Shown: positions 34,853 through 48,909 of the stretch, piece by piece
Position numbering within the stretch: position 1 is the stretch's first letter
Layout: every line of letters begins with the position of its first letter
From: Guillardia theta CCMP2712
Lineage: Eukaryota; Protista; Cryptophyta
Assembly: GCF_000315625.1 (NCBI RefSeq)
Contig: NW_005434570.1
Location: forward strand, 73,413-137,412
DNA length: 64,000 nucleotides
Direction: 5' to 3'
The notes under the pieces: model-generated
What the model saw: the letters and a program-made list of their open reading frames with translations, nothing else
Database searches by the model: none
Told to the model about the DNA's origin: nothing
Made by a program: the position numbers and the translations under genes

Positions 34853-37800
34853 CTACTCGATCTCTTCAGACTCGAACTCCTGCCGCACAGGCGGCCGTCC
34901 CCCCTTCAGCCCCTCGAAGTCCAGGACTTTGCTGTTCCTCCCTACCGGGGTCAAGGAGGAGGCCGTTCGCATGCGGGGAAAAGCCAAAGTTCCACTGCTC
35001 CACTCGTGCTGGGACCCTTCCTGGAGCCTCCTGCCCACCTGCATCTTGTCGTAGTGTCGCTGCTTCGCGCCGGCTCGTCCGCTGAACGACACCGCCCTTT
35101 TCCTGCTGGAGGGTCAGCAGCGTCCCAGCAGGAGTTTTCAATATGGCGAGGACCAGAGGAAGGGTCTGTTGGGGAGGTTGGACGGGAGGATCTTTCTCAG
35201 CTGGGCCTTCAGCTCGGGGCAGCAGTCCATCGTCGAGGGCCGCAAACACGTCTGGAGAGAGCTGGTGAGCAGGAGCAGAGCTGGGTAGGGGGAAAGTGGA
35301 TACCCCAGTCTCCTTCCATGTCAGGTTGAAACCTGAAGAATCCGAAAAAAATGAAGGGCTCATGCTGCTCAGAGGAAGTGTGAGGTGCAGACGGAGGGAA
35401 GAGGTCGGGAGGGAGGAGGAGACGGGAGGAGAGGGGAAGGAGAAGGAGAGGATAGAGGCAGAAGGAGGAAGGAGGAAGAGGACCACAACATAAGAGTGTC
35501 AGGCAGAATGAGGAGGAGGCGTTGGACCTTTGCTGGGTCAAGAGTCGGGATTCCCGCAAGTGGTCCTGAAGGTCGTGAGATGGAGTCTGCTGAAAAAAAG
35601 ACGTCAAACATGGTCAGGTCCGACGTCACTGATGTCAACCAGACTGTCCATTCCCAGCTCGTCCATGAAAAGATCCTCGCAGAGCGCGACGACCTGCAGT
35701 TGTCAAACTGAGTTTTGAAAAGCAGTTCGGGCAGGTTGTCACCTCAGCAAAACGAAGTTTGTTGGTGGGTGAAAGCTCTGCACTTTCCTTGATTGTAAAC
35801 GTTCTGTCCTTGTCACCAGAGTCCTCGGCCCCCTTGTCCTCTTTCTGACCCTTTCCTGCCTCTAGAGAATCTGTCTTGATCTTGTCCCCTTGCGGTGTAG
35901 CCCCCGATACAATCGTTTTGCTGACCCCCGGCATGATCTCTTGCTCCTGCTCGTTCAGACTTGTCACGCGCAACGTCGATTCTTCAGCTTTCCTCCACCT
36001 GATGCCCGTCGTTGGGAGACCAGGAGGAGACGGACCCGCTGAGGTGCAGAGGGACAATCTCAACATTCACATCATCGTGCATTCCCTGCCGCCGGCATGT
36101 CAGGTCATGAGATCTAAGGGAGAGGCTCGTTGTGCAGTTTGAATGGAACGACCTCCTTCTACCTCAAGACATGCAGAACTCCAACTCTACAGCAGTCATG
36201 GAGCTCACCGGAATCACGAAACCAACGTAGTTGTTCAGCCTACGTAGCTCCTCAACTGTCTTCGGCAGGTCTTTCTCCACCAGCTTCTGAGAGGACGACG
36301 TGGCCGCTCTGTCCCGCAGGCTCCTTGCCCGGGCCCCGTCGAGGCTCGAGGAAGTCCTCGAGAGGCTGCGAGTGAAGTCCGCAGAGCGAGCACCAGTGCG
36401 AGGAGGAGGAGGAGTGCGATGAATATTCCTCTGGCTCCTTCCCTCCACGATCTTGGTCCAGACATCCACAGGGAAAAGGACGGTAGGAGGGAGCGCGGAG
36501 ACAGAAGGGATGCGAATCTGGAGAGGAGATAAGGAGAGAAAGAGAGAAAGAGGATAGCGAGGAAGCGGGTCCAACGGTCACCTGCACAGTCCCGGCAGGG
36601 ATGTTGGAGCTGCCGTCTGTCCGTTCCCCACGCTTCTTGACAATCACATCGGAGAAAGGACAAGACGATACCTGAGCGACGAGTTCAGTTCACGCTCGAG
36701 ACGAGAATGAGAGAATCTACTCTCTTCTCCCTCCCTTCCAGTAAGTCCTCCTCCTGCTGCTCCTACTCCTGCTCCTCATTTTCTTTGACTCTCCTCTGCT
36801 CTGCTCTGTTCTTCTCTACACTGCCATCTCGGACCGATGCGGCTCATACCTCGGAGATGGACTCTCCCCACACAGAGAGGAGGGTGACTTTGTCTGTCAT
36901 CGGCTGATACACCAAGAGGGCATAGGGGAACGAGATCTGAGACATCTTCGTGCTCAGCGTCCGGATCTTCTTCTTCCAGCCCGTCCTCTCCTGCTGCGCA
37001 GAGTCGTAGATGTGGGCGAGGTTTGACCTGCAAAAGTCGACACAGGATGAGCAGAGAAAGGGAAGGGAGAGGGAAGAGGAGGTGAGAGAAGTCGAGTGGG
37101 GGGAAGATGAGATGAGAGGGGAGAGGAGGGGAAGGGAGGGGAACCGGGAGATCTGAGCCTTGAGGTCATGGAGTTGATAAAGCTCCGTCAATGCAGACTC
37201 GACTGTCAGCGCCTTTGTTCCGCTCTGACCCGCTGACTGTTTCATAGAAGTCAATGTTGTCTCGTAGCTCAGAGCCACCACCTCCACATCGCTATCACAA
37301 CAACCTTATCATCACCACCACCATCACCACCATCGTTGTCTTCATGATCAAATTCATCGTCACCTCAACAACAACTCATCATCCTCATCCTCATCATTTC
37401 CATCATCATCTCCATCATCATCATCTCCATCATCATCATCTCCATCATCATCATCTCCATCATCATCATCTCCATCATCATCATCAACAACAACAACAAC
37501 TCACCGTTGCGATCTCTTCGAACACCCCTTGACTTCTGCCTTCGGTCGGCTCTATGTCATGCTCCACCACAAGTCTGTCTAAAACAGGAGCTTCTGCCTT
37601 CCTCTCCTCCTGCTGTGTACGTTGTCGACTCCCGCCCACCAAGCTCTGCTCCTCCTCCTTCTCCAAGTCTGCGGCAGTTTGCGTTTCGACATTGCCCTCT
37701 TCGAACTGCTGACTTTCTCCACCCGTTTCTATGAGTGGACTTGCTGCTGCTGCCTGTGCCGTTACAACCTTCTCCTCAACATTTACAGTCGTCTCCTCTG

Positions 37801-38740
37801 CTTGAGAGGATGATGGAATCTTGCTCTGAAAGGTGTCTCGCGACAACCCGTCTTGCACGATCTCACGAGAGTTATCCCCAACATCAGCATTGAACACACT
37901 TTTCTGATCGATAGATCTCTGTATGCTGCTCAGCACGATCGAAGTCTTCCTCCGCACTGATGCAAATTTCGACGCAAAGTCCTCGGCGTTCTCAACCTCA
38001 GTGAGGAAAAACTCGTTGGCCGACGACGCCGTTGAGGTCTGACTTCCGGTCCTCGAGAAGAGCTGGGAGCTATTGTCTTCCCCGCTATCATGCTTCCCAG
38101 TGAAGTTGCTCGCAAGGTACTCGGCCCTGATCATATTCTCCTTCATCATATTCTCCTTCATCTGCACGTGCCCTTGCTGTAGCTCGTCTATCTTGGCCTT
38201 CACCTCAGACTGCGCATGCGCCCTCAGGTTATCTCTGTGCTCGGAGATGTTCGAGGTCTGAGCAGACATGCCAGGGGAGGACAAAGCGGGGGAGTCATAG
38301 ACGTCAGATGCTGAATCCTCCTGTAGACTGGGATGATGGTGAATGCCAATGAGGGACAGAGTGAGAGGTAGTAGAAACTCACTTAGGAGCGGGGCGAACA
38401 GTCCTTCCCTCCTCAGGGATGTATGGCACGAGACTGGACCTGTCCACACTTGCTCAGTCTCAAGTCGTTGAGCATGCCAGGCTTGACCTGTCAGATGACA
38501 GCGTCATGGATGTTCTCTTGCCATCCGCCTGCTTTCATGTCAGTACACGACAGCGCAAACGTGGGCTTGTTCAACCTTGAAGCTCACGATGAGCCCCTTG
38601 GGAAAGATCGGAGGAAGGTTTCTTGCCTTCCTAGCCGACAGAGGACCGCTGTCAAAGCTGCTCTCTGTCACTGCTCGCGTGCAACGTCAAAGATCGGACT
38701 ATCACAAGACGACATCCACGGCACCTTGCAGTCTTTTCAT
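34853..38740 (-). CDS. Large hypothetical spliced protein, low-complexity/coiled-coil (start uncertain)
   Basis: Consecutive minus-strand exon-like ORFs (37484-38449, 36844-37287, 36164-36574, 35635-36066, 34853-35092) separated by pyrimidine-rich introns. Confidence 0.45.
37378..37499. repeat. (CAT)n/(CAA)n microsatellite with a 15-bp sub-period
   Basis: CTC(CAT)4 repeated, followed by a CAA run. Confidence 0.9.
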
Positions 38741-39025
38741 GCTGGGCTGTCCAGTCAGGATCCGATCCGATCTCCATCGACGAAGGAGGCAGGGAGAGAG
38801 GCACTGGAGGTATCTTCCATCTTCTTCCCAGACCAATGCTCCGATGTCTTGTACGTCCTCCTCCTCCTCCTCCTCCTCCTCCTCTCCCTCAACGCCCTTT
38901 TCCTGCCATGTTGTCGCCGCAAGTCAAAGATCGTTAGATATTGACTACAGATCCACACAGTTCAATATTGACTATAGGTGAGACATTTCAACAAACCCGC
39001 CTCAGGATCTTGCGTCCGGTCCGTG

Positions 39026-42000
39026 ATGGCGGTGGGGGCTGGGAAGGCATGGCTGCTGCTGCTGCTGCTGTCCATGGCCGGAAGCTGCTCCATCGCCTCG
39101 CAAGGAGGGCAGACGGTTGAGACGATCCGGCAGCAAGACATGGCGCCGCAGGGGATGACCCATCTGAGGGATGCGAAGAAGGGGAAGAAAGTCAAAGTCG
39201 CGAAGGTCCCGACGGAGCCTCCTGTCGGAACCAGGGACTTCTACCCGGACGAGGTACCATGATGAGAGTTCGATGATCTCTGATTGATCTCGGTTGTCCA
39301 TGTTGTCCCTTTGTGTACTGGGTGCTACAGTTGAACATGTATCTGCTAGATGTGAACATGTGCCTTCTGATTGTTGGTCTTGACACAATCTGGATACAGT
39401 TTGCACGCCGGTCGTGGCTGTTCGAGAGCTTCCGCCAGGTATCTAAGAGATTCAACTTCCAAGGTGCACCCTATCACGACAACTATCATGAGATGTCTGA
39501 CACTCGTGTAGAGTATGACTCTCCTGTGTTGGAGCATGAAGTTCTTTACACCCGCAAGTCCGGGGAGGAGATCACGGGGCAGATGTACAACTTTGTCGAC
39601 AAGGTGATGCAAGAGAGTCCTGGCACGTGTGCAGGACCTGACGAGGCTGCTAGGATGGGTACAATGTGACATTGAGGCCGGAAATGACTCCCAGCTTGGC
39701 TCGGATGGTCATATCGAGGGAAAAAGAGCTGTTCTTCCCTCTCAAATGGTTCTCCATCCCTCAGGTCAGTCCGTGTCTCCCATCTGCTCCTACACTCACC
39801 CTCGTCCTCGGCAATGCCAGTGCTGGAGGTTCGAAAACGTGCAGGCAAGACCGTGACTGACCTTCCTTGCTACTTCGCTCTTACCCAGAAGGCACAGAGG
39901 GGGAGGAAGCGGGAGCACTATCAGTGGAACATGGACATTGTTGGAGTGAAAGTGATATTGCTCTATCGAGCATCGACGTCTCCTCCGCTCCTCTCAGCTC
40001 CTTGTTGCAGAACGTGGCAGCTGAAGCTGAGCTGATCGCAGCTACCGTCAGTCTCTTCCAGTCCCTCGGCCTGGGCTCGGGGGATGTAGGCATCAAGGTA
40101 TGTGAGGACAGGAACTCTGCTGCTCTGACTTGGCTTGTAAGGTGAACTCTCGTAAGATCCTCAACTCAGCGTTGAAGATCATGGATGTGCCCGATGAAAA
40201 CTTCTCGTCAATCTGCATCATCCTCGACAAGATAGACAAGGTTGGCTCGCAGTTTTAGCGTTCGATCCTCCACTGATCTCCCGGCAGATTGGAAGAGATC
40301 GAGTTGTAGAGGACCTGGAGAGCGCTCATAGCTTGCAAGTGATCGTTCAGCCACCCACGTGTTCCCTCGTTGACATCCTTACAGCATGATTGTTCTCTCA
40401 ACATTGTCAAGATCGCCTCGTGCACTTCGCTCGAGTCGCTCGAAGAGACGATCCGGTCAGTCGATGACGAGGAGAAGATTGAAGACTCATGTGCTTCACC
40501 TTACAGTGACTTGAAGAGAGAAACGCATGCTGCTGTCCCTGAGCTCCGCGCTGCCATTGACGAGCTCCGCCAACTTTTCTCCCTGCTAGACTCGCACGGA
40601 GTGAGTTTGTCGTGCTGTTCGAGCCTGTCAATTACTCGGCGTCTCTTCTAGGTCAAGGACTATGTCTCCTTCGATGCCAGCGTTGTCCGAGGGCTTGCGT
40701 ACTACACAGGAAGAGGAGGGAGTGGAAGAGAAGGAGGAGGGGGGGGGGAGGGGGAGGCAGGATCAAGAGGAAAAGGGAAGGGCCGGGAGGGAACAAGGGG
40801 AAAGAGAGAGGGTATGGGAAGGGGAAAGCCTGGAGCCTAGATTGTATCTCATCTCTGGGAGCGGGGGCGGGGGGTTGAAGAGAAACTCACAGGAAGGAAT
40901 GAAGAGTGAGTTCATCCTTCTGACATGCTGACGTGCAGGGATCGTATGGGAAGGGTTTGACCTCTCAGGAGAGTTTCGAGCGATCTGCGGGGGAGGGAGG
41001 TGGAGTTCCTTCTGGTTGTCTGGTGGTGGGAGGAGGACTGATTGAAAGCTGAAGATATGACAACTTGATGAAGCTTTATGGAGCACAACACGAGGTAACA
41101 AGAAGTCATGGTTGCCCATGATGACAAGGGCTCGTAGATCCCTTGCGTTGGGTTTGGATTCGGGGATTGTGTGATCATGGAAGTTCTTGCAAAGAGGTAC
41201 TCGCATACCTTAGCACATGCATGCATGATCAGCTCCATTTTTGTCAGCTGAAGATCGTGTTTTGCTCTTTGTCTTCATGTGCAATAGCTGCAACCTTGTG
41301 CTGAGTAGTTTGTATTTGATCACAGGAACTTACTGCCTAAAACCATGAAGACTTGCGATGTTGTGGTTGCTGCTTACAATCAGGTCTTCGAACTTCGATG
41401 GAATGAGTCATGTGACGTAGGAGCTCAACAGGAAATGCTCGGCCATGCTTGCAGCATCACATCGCAACTCCGTCAGGTGCTGGGCGCCAATTTCTATCTG
41501 GGTCGAGCTAAAGATTGGACAGGCGAATGTGATTGTAGACTTGTCTCTGCAACCAAAGAATCGCATCGGAAATGTGGGCGGCAGGTTGAGGGAACGAAGA
41601 CCTCTAACGCATCTTCCTTTAGATCTTCGACTATGCTGATCGATCGGGAGCATATCATATGATCTTCGTCGCTCCTGACGAGATTGCAAGAGGTCTGAAG
41701 CTGATATTATCTCGTCCCTTCAACATCCTTCCTTTTGCCGACCAACTCTTAGCTCCAGCCATCGTTCCTTGACTTCTTCTTTACAGGGAAAGTGCGGATC
41801 AAAGCGTTGAGAGGATCTTTCAGTGAGATCAATCTCAGTACTTCCCCTCATTCTTCCCTTTCCACATCTTGACAGTCATCGCAGGAGGTTTCAAGAGCCT
41901 GGGGGGTGAGACGTATGAGATCTCAGGTGAGTGCGGAGCTATTGCGATTGCGATCGCTTCAAGCTGACGGGACTTCAGAGGATGGAAAGCAGATTGACGT

Positions 42001-42055
42001 GCCTATCGGGAGCATACGTCACTTTATCGAGGAGCTCTATTCCTCTCCTTCCTAG
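39026..42055 (+). CDS. HARS: Histidyl-tRNA synthetase with N-terminal signal peptide, multi-exon
   Basis: PPVGTRDFYP, LRPEMTPSLAR, LKWFSIPQ|CWRFE, RGRKREHYQWNMD, VRGLAYYTG, RAICGGGR, VGFGFGD; ends YSSPS-TAG. Confidence 0.93.
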
Positions 42056-42759
42056 CATTTCGTTGTCACTCATTTCTTCTATCTAGTTAATCTTCAATTG
42101 CTTCCTGTCATGTTTGCCCCTTTTTCACATTATCCCCTTCAAAATCCCACCTGAAATTATGTATTCGAAGTTGTTTCAAACCACATAGGACTTTGTCGAG
42201 GGGCTGAGCCGATGCAGCTCCTTCAGAACAGGTTTCTGCTGGAACCCGACCGCCCCCCTCCTGCTCGTGGAACGCCGGAAGAAGACTGCTCGGTAGATGC
42301 TCTCCTCGTCGTCCCCCGCCGTCCCATTGCAAGCGAGCTTGTCCCATGAGCGCTCCTGGGCATGAGACGCTCCTGCTCTCTTGAGGAGCCCGCGGTCTTG
42401 CTCCTGACTCCGCCCGGGCCGCCTGTAGGGCCACCTGGTGACTGTCGGAACCAGCCGCTGAGCGGTCAGGACTTTGTCGGCGCAGCCGATCCTAGCTTGA
42501 GTCGGCGACTCATCACAGCCTCGGACTCAGATCGGACCGTCCGGGACCGGGCCGCCCGGCCGCGACCACTGCCACGGATCCGACTCCCGGCGACGCCGCC
42601 AGTGCCCGGCGGCCGAACCCGGCGCCGGTCTTCCGACTCATGACGGCCCGTTGAGATAGCCAGATGCGGCTGTAGTACTTGCCGGCAATGGGCAGGAGGG
42701 TTGGAGAGAAGACTTGAAAGAGATAGAGTTAGAAAGTGAGAGGCAGGAGTCATTGATCT

Positions 42760-44640
42760 ACATGATAGTAACCAACACCGATACCAACTTGCATCTCTGA
42801 TCTCATGATCCTCACTCGCATCCTTTCATGCGTATCATTCAGAGATAGATCAGGAGCCTTACGACCTGAGACAGCGGGATGGAGCCATCGTCGAGCAGAG
42901 CTCGCACGAGACACTCGATCTACTCAGAGGTGCTTGTAACTTTGCTCAGCAACATCTGACCGACGCGTGAAGGGAGGAGAAACGTCAGCCGGAGAGAGCG
43001 GGCAAGAAGTTGCAACAGCAAGACCAGTCGAGGTTGCTTATTATGCTTGCTGCGAAGCAGCAGCATTCGCTCATGGATGGTTTTGGTAGGCTCCTTCTAA
43101 TGGTGACTTTCATGCTGCAAACTCCATGGTTCACTCCAAGAATTTCTTTCCGTGGGCTGGACAGGTTGTCGATCTGTTTTTGCCGCGGTTTGACGAGCTG
43201 GAGCAGGCAGAAGTGATACGAGCAATGCAGAAAGATGATTATTACACCACACACTTGAAGGCTGGTTGCTTTTGTAGCTGAGTCCCTTCTCATCTCTCTC
43301 CATAGAAAGCTTTGGCTGATGCCATTCAAGCTGTCTTGGGGGCGAGGGCGATTACCAGGTGGTCCGAGGCGAATCAAGAGCTGAACTTACAAACTTTTGA
43401 GGCATCAAAACGCCATTGAGAACATAGCAGGCCTAGTGTACTTCGGTTTGACCACAGGAAGGTCGCATCACAGATCCCTTGCTTTGGTCAAGACCCGGCT
43501 GACTGAACTTGACTCGTTTTAGTGCCAAACCTACGCTGGGAGAAGAGTACTGCGAAGTTCGACAGGTGTGCAATCATAGTCAACCACCTCACTATCTTTT
43601 GATGGACTTGATCAGCTTGCTGCTGATACTGAGACCTCTGCCTCGAGAGCTCAAAGGGCAGCCTTGATAGTTTGGAAGCTCGTCGTTCCCTACGTTTCCA
43701 AAGTGAATCGTGCACTAGGATCTTTGTTCATACACTGACAGAGGAGCGAAGATAGCTCAAATGCGAATCATTCGCCAGAACAACATGAGAAATCTCGAAG
43801 GGAGTGATGGGAGGACGAGGGCTCGATGGCTGCATATGGCTGCCCAAGCGCTTCCGATGTGCAATGAAATATTCGAGGCGGCAAACCGCCTTCACCTTGC
43901 AGCATTCTACATGTATGGAATGTTTTACAGCCTTCCTCATAGGTTTGTTCTTTGATCTTACGCTTCAAGCTCAGTTTGAAAGCAGATTTGCTGAAATTCG
44001 ACACATCTCGCTTCAAGCAAATCGCGGTCATCGAGACTTCAACACGTTGTAGGTTGCATTTTGAAACGAGTTAGTGATGTGAAGTTTGTCTTGTTTTCAA
44101 GGTACTCTATCTTGGCGAAGCTTCTTGTATTCAAAGAAATTGTGATCTTAGCCGATTATTTAGGTACTAGAGTGAAATCGCTAGGGTCAGTCCATTGGTT
44201 GCATGCGGCACTCAATTGTAACACCTTTCCATCAGCAAGGCGGATGTGCAAGTATTCCAGCAGGAGGCTGACAGCGATGATGTGAGCTCAGCAGATCCAT
44301 CGAATACCCCTGGAGCGTCGAGCAACAAGAAGAAGTGCATGCTTTGCTTGAGTTCACGGAGACATCCGACGGCTACGCAATGCGGTAGTCTCGAGAGAGA
44401 GAGAGAGTGCTGCTGTATGAAATCACATGTTTTGTGTATCAGGGCACGTATTCTGCTGGACTTGCATCTCAGAATGGTGTGCAAATAAGCCGGAATGTCC
44501 CTTGTGCAGGTGCTTAAACTTGCTCTTGAACGCTACAGTGCATATCTTGATTGCCCTGATCTATTGGTTTGCGACGCAGGCAGCGAATATCTCTTTCTTC
44601 ACTCTTGCGACTTTATCATTACACACCTACATCAGAGTAA
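42760..44640 (+). CDS. PEX10: Peroxin 10 (RING peroxin); 5' end uncertain
   Basis: FPWAGQ|[22 protein letters not shown]-terminal C3HC4 RING CMLC..PTATQC|[21 protein letters not shown]; TAA at 44638-44640. Confidence 0.88.
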
Positions 44641-44764
44641 AGCTAAATGGAAGAACATGCGCAGGAGTTGGGCGATGATATCAGAATCCTTCACACATTT
44701 ATTTCAATCATTTAAAGATCATCTTTCTCAGTCTTTTCTACAAAGCTGGATACTATGGAAACTG

Positions 44765-45483
44765 TTAAACTATGATAGTCATGTCGAGAGGGCGGATGCT
44801 TTGCCTCGATAGGCCCCCGACCTTGTTCTGTATTTCCTTGACGTTCAACAATCTCCTCCTCATCAAGATCGGAACGTTCTCTTCTCCTCTTGACACAAGG
44901 ATCTCCACTGATGTCCCTGCTGGACCGAGCATCTTGGACGCGATGTTGTACACGTTGCTATATCTTTCACACTTGTCAGCTTCATCTGGCATCACAGCAG
45001 CTCCACCGACCTCACAGACACCCCGTCGATCTCTAGGAGTACATCTCCTACCTTCGGGCATGGCGAGACGAGATCTGCAGGATGATCAAGACACGGGACA
45101 ACGCATACATCCTCCGAGTTGTTCACCGTGCTCGTTAGGACAGAATATTGCCGTGAATGTCGGGCGATCAGATTTTGGGTCCATGCTTATCATCGCACCT
45201 ATCCCAGCACTAGCATCCTGGGATCCGGTTTCAAGTCAAGTCTTTGATTCGTGGTACAGCTTCTGACCTGAGATGGAGATGTATGGTTTGGAGATGATGG
45301 TTGACCACAGACTTTGATGATAACATTCATGTAAGGCAGTGATTCCACCACTCGAACAATCGCACCTGGCGAACGAACGAGTCTTGCATTCAATGGCGGG
45401 GTTTCCTGCTCGCAACAGAAATTGCCACAGACCCGCAGACTTTCCTTTCGTTTCTCTAGCCCAGACTCTAGTACATTCCCCAT
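44765..45483 (-). CDS. Small PDZ-domain protein, possibly myristoylated/palmitoylated
   Basis: AGIGAMI, KVGDVLLEIDGVSV, MLGPAGTSVEILVSR across introns; N-terminus MGNV..CGNFCC. Confidence 0.6.
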
Positions 45484-46359
45484 GGCTTGAAGCTAAACTT
45501 TGGCCAACAAAATCTGTGACGGATAACGGGTAAACTTCCCAGATCGAGAAATCCAGCCAGGTCTTGAGAGGAAGTGCGAGCGGAATGAAGGGGAACGGTG
45601 AAGACGGTAGAGACAGAGGAGCTGGTCAAAGCTTGGTGCCGAGAGGAGCGAGGCGCGGGATGCTGTCGAGGAGCAATCGCTCAGCCCTCCACAGCTTCAT
45701 TGCGCCACAGTCCCCTTCTCCCAGCCGCCGGGCATCTGAAGATCGAAAGAAAAAGTTTGGTTTGTTGCAAAAGTTCCCCCACATGGGAAGGCAGCCCTTG
45801 CTGATGCACGACCATGGAGACGATCTTTGTCTAAAGTTTTAGTACCTTGAGATCTGATGACTGAAAACTCTTGGCTATTCGTTCCGGGCTTCTCGAGGGC
45901 TCACTGACCGGCTCCGTGGCTCATGGTTTTCAACACCGCCTCAGAGAGGAAGGGGGATAAAGGGCAGAAATGAACAATTAAGAAATCTTAATAAACTTTT
46001 TGTTCACGGGGTACTTACGCCTCCGAGGCGAGCTTGTTCTCTGGTCAAACTTTGTTCTTGAAAACCTTCGAAACAATTCGGGCAACCAGCCATGCTGTCA
46101 GACGCCGGTGAGCAAGCAGCAGCAACTCCCCTGGTCTCTTCTCCTGCCCCTTCCTTCTCTCTTCACTGATCTTCCTTGCCCTCTACTCTTTCTACCTCCT
46201 CCAACTCACCCTTCGCCGCTCCCTCCCCTCGCTGGATCACCTCGCCCTGAGGCTCTTGACTGCCCCTTCATTCCGCCCAATCCCCTCCTCGGGCCGAAAA
46301 AGGACGAGAGGCATTGCCCTGCTATCCCTCTCACTGCAACAAGTAGCACAGTCAGCCTA

Positions 46360-48486
46360 TGATCATGTGCTGGAGGAGAGCGAGAAAACCGTAGACGACG
46401 TAGATGACTAAGTTGAGGCAATGCCAGGTGTTTGTTTGCAGGAACTAAAACAATCTCTAATGCAAACAAGTCTGAATGAAGACCCGGAACATTGCGTCTG
46501 GAGTCTGGTTGAGCAGGTTGATAGGCCATAACTCATGGTTTCAAAAGAGTGCTGTGTTGTGATGCTCTGTTGAATCAGGCTGTCCAGTTGATTGCAGATC
46601 GAGAATCTGCAGCGGAGCGAGATGAGGTGATTACTTGATGTGTTTTTTTGGTGTGACTGATGAGAACGTATCATCAAAGATTAAAGTTCGGAGAGAGATT
46701 CTGGATCTTCAAGGTAGACTCCGATGAAAAAAGTATATTTTCTTTCTTGTAACATTCCGATCAGCGAAAGTTGTAGAGTGGCAGGGAAAATACTCAGAGT
46801 CTGAAAGTAAGTCAATGTCTTAGCCTCAGGGCAAGTATGATGCAATACTACTGCAGGCTATGTTGTTCAATCGCTAGACTTGCACAGGTGATTGCTTCGT
46901 TGAGGTTGATAGCGCTGAAAACTGCTTTTTCAGAGAGATCGAATGTTGCAAACAATTGCTTGATGACAGTCAATGTGAACTGTATACATTTGTTATGTTT
47001 AACCTGATGCTTGACGAGAAGTGTATAGCGAGCAGCAAAGATTGAAATACGAGATAGCTTTATCGGAAAATTGTGTCCTGTCAGAAAGGCAAAGTACCAG
47101 GATTGATTCAGCGTTAATGATAAGATTTCAAGGATACAATGTGCTTTCGAGTATGCAGAGCTTCTCGTTCGCGACCTTCGGTATAACTGACCGAGTCAAA
47201 GCTGAATGACTGACAAGCTCTCTTGAAAGAAAGCTAGAAGCTTACATAAAGTCACAAGTATTGGTTGTTCAAGATGAAAGGCATAATGTAGATCGGATCA
47301 TTGCGTTGAAGAGAGGAGTTTGTAATTTAGCGTTCTGTCAGAACAAGACGAATGACGCCCCGTATAAATCACACCTGAAGACGATCGAGGAAAGAGATCA
47401 AGTGTCAAGATCCTTGGATCGGGATGATGAATGTTAGTGCAGGCTCAGTACAGGGCAGCCGAACGTGCTATCAATCTTCTCAACATAGAGCAAGCCAAAG
47501 GTTTACAGCAACTTCAGGAAGCAGATTCGAGGTGAGGAGCTTTTGAAGGTGCCAAATGAGTTCGAATGATATGTGCCTGCAAGGATCTCCGAGCTCTTGA
47601 GGTTCCAGCATGCCTTGCAGGTATCTCTCCGCTCGCTCCCACATGTGACGGGGCTGCGATATCAAGGAACTGACGCTGCTGGGACGTGACCGCTCGTCGT
47701 TCAGGGAGACCTCCAGGAAGCTCGTGAGCTGATAGCTCAACTTCAGAATGAAGTGAAAGTTTCCCAAGACAAGGTTCTGCGTCTTCTCGCTAGAGTCTCC
47801 GTGGTGAGATGACAGCAGGTAAAAGAGAAGGAGCACATGGTAGAGGTCTTGAGGAGGCAGCTTCATGGGTCGTCGGTCAAGGGGTCTGCACCAAGACTGA
47901 ACCATGGTCGCTCCTGGCGGTCTAGTGCACGATGCGGGCTCACTGACAGAGCAGAGATCATCCGAGGGCTTGAGAGTCAGCTCAAGGTGGCGAGGGAGGA
48001 GGTGAGTGGTGTAATGGGGAGTCGAGGGTGACGATGACCAACCTGCGAGCAGATATCAAGACTTTCGCGATCGAAGCAGGACGAGGCAGATATTTCTCAG
48101 CACGCATCCTTGGACTGCTGAATGCTAACTGGTGGTCCCAGAGTCCGTGGTTGCCCATGATCAACTTCGACGAGCTGCTCTTCGGCAAGGCCTCGGCCCT
48201 GGTACACTCGGGGTCTTCCCTCAAAGTAGCAGAGCCCTTGGCGATCCCCAAACATAAAGGAAGCGGCCAGGAGGGGGATGGGAGTATCTTGGGGTGTAGC
48301 GACTTCACGCTTGTCTCTCTGAGGGAGCACAACTCGTACTTGCAAGGAAAGGTAAGCTCGTCGCTGTCCAGTGCAAGCGACTATTGACGGACGGGGGGTT
48401 GACTTTTCCTGAGAACAGGTCAAGGCGCAGGAGGTTCTAATTGCTGAACTCAACGCCAGATTAGGGCTTCCGGCCAAGAGCAACTA
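46360..48486 (+). CDS. Hypothetical multi-exon coiled-coil protein (start uncertain)
   Basis: Many short introns; last exons 48028-48351 and ..QEVLIAELNARLGLPAKSN-TAA. Confidence 0.35.
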
Positions 48487-48694
48487 AGCGGGGAACTTCG
48501 GAAGCCGGAACCGTGACTGCCAGGCATCATGGCATTGAAACCGTCCCAATTGTCTACATCCGACTGCCACGTCGGATCTCGGGCACACCACTGACTGCAA
48601 TGACCGTACTATGGCGTGACTTTCAAGCCGGAAGTTCTCCTGGCCGCGTAAAGCCTTGAAAGCGCGGCCTGCCGCCCGGTGCCTCTCGTGCCGC

Positions 48695-48909
48695 AGTGTC
48701 AAGGGCAAGCCTCCCTCTTCGACTCTCCTGCCAGATTGTCCTACGGTACTGAGTGTTTGACTTAACTTTGAGTAAACTCCAGACTGTAACCGAGTCACCG
48801 GGCCGGCGGCCCGGACCGTACGGTCACAGTCAAGTGGCCGAAGGCTTGTGTAAAAGGGGCAGACTCGGCATGTCACTCAACCTCTATCTTTACTCAAAGT
48901 TAAGTTAAA
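48695..48909. repeat. Dispersed ~80-bp repeat plus an inverted partial copy (17-bp perfect IR)
   Basis: ACTTAACTTTGAGTAAA 48760-48776 and TTTACTCAAAGTTAAGT 48889-48905. Confidence 0.75.

Noticed and set aside
42108-42753. Short ORFs between HisRS and PEX10
   Set aside because: They overlap a GC island, have Arg/Pro/Gly-biased composition, and show no motif or splice support
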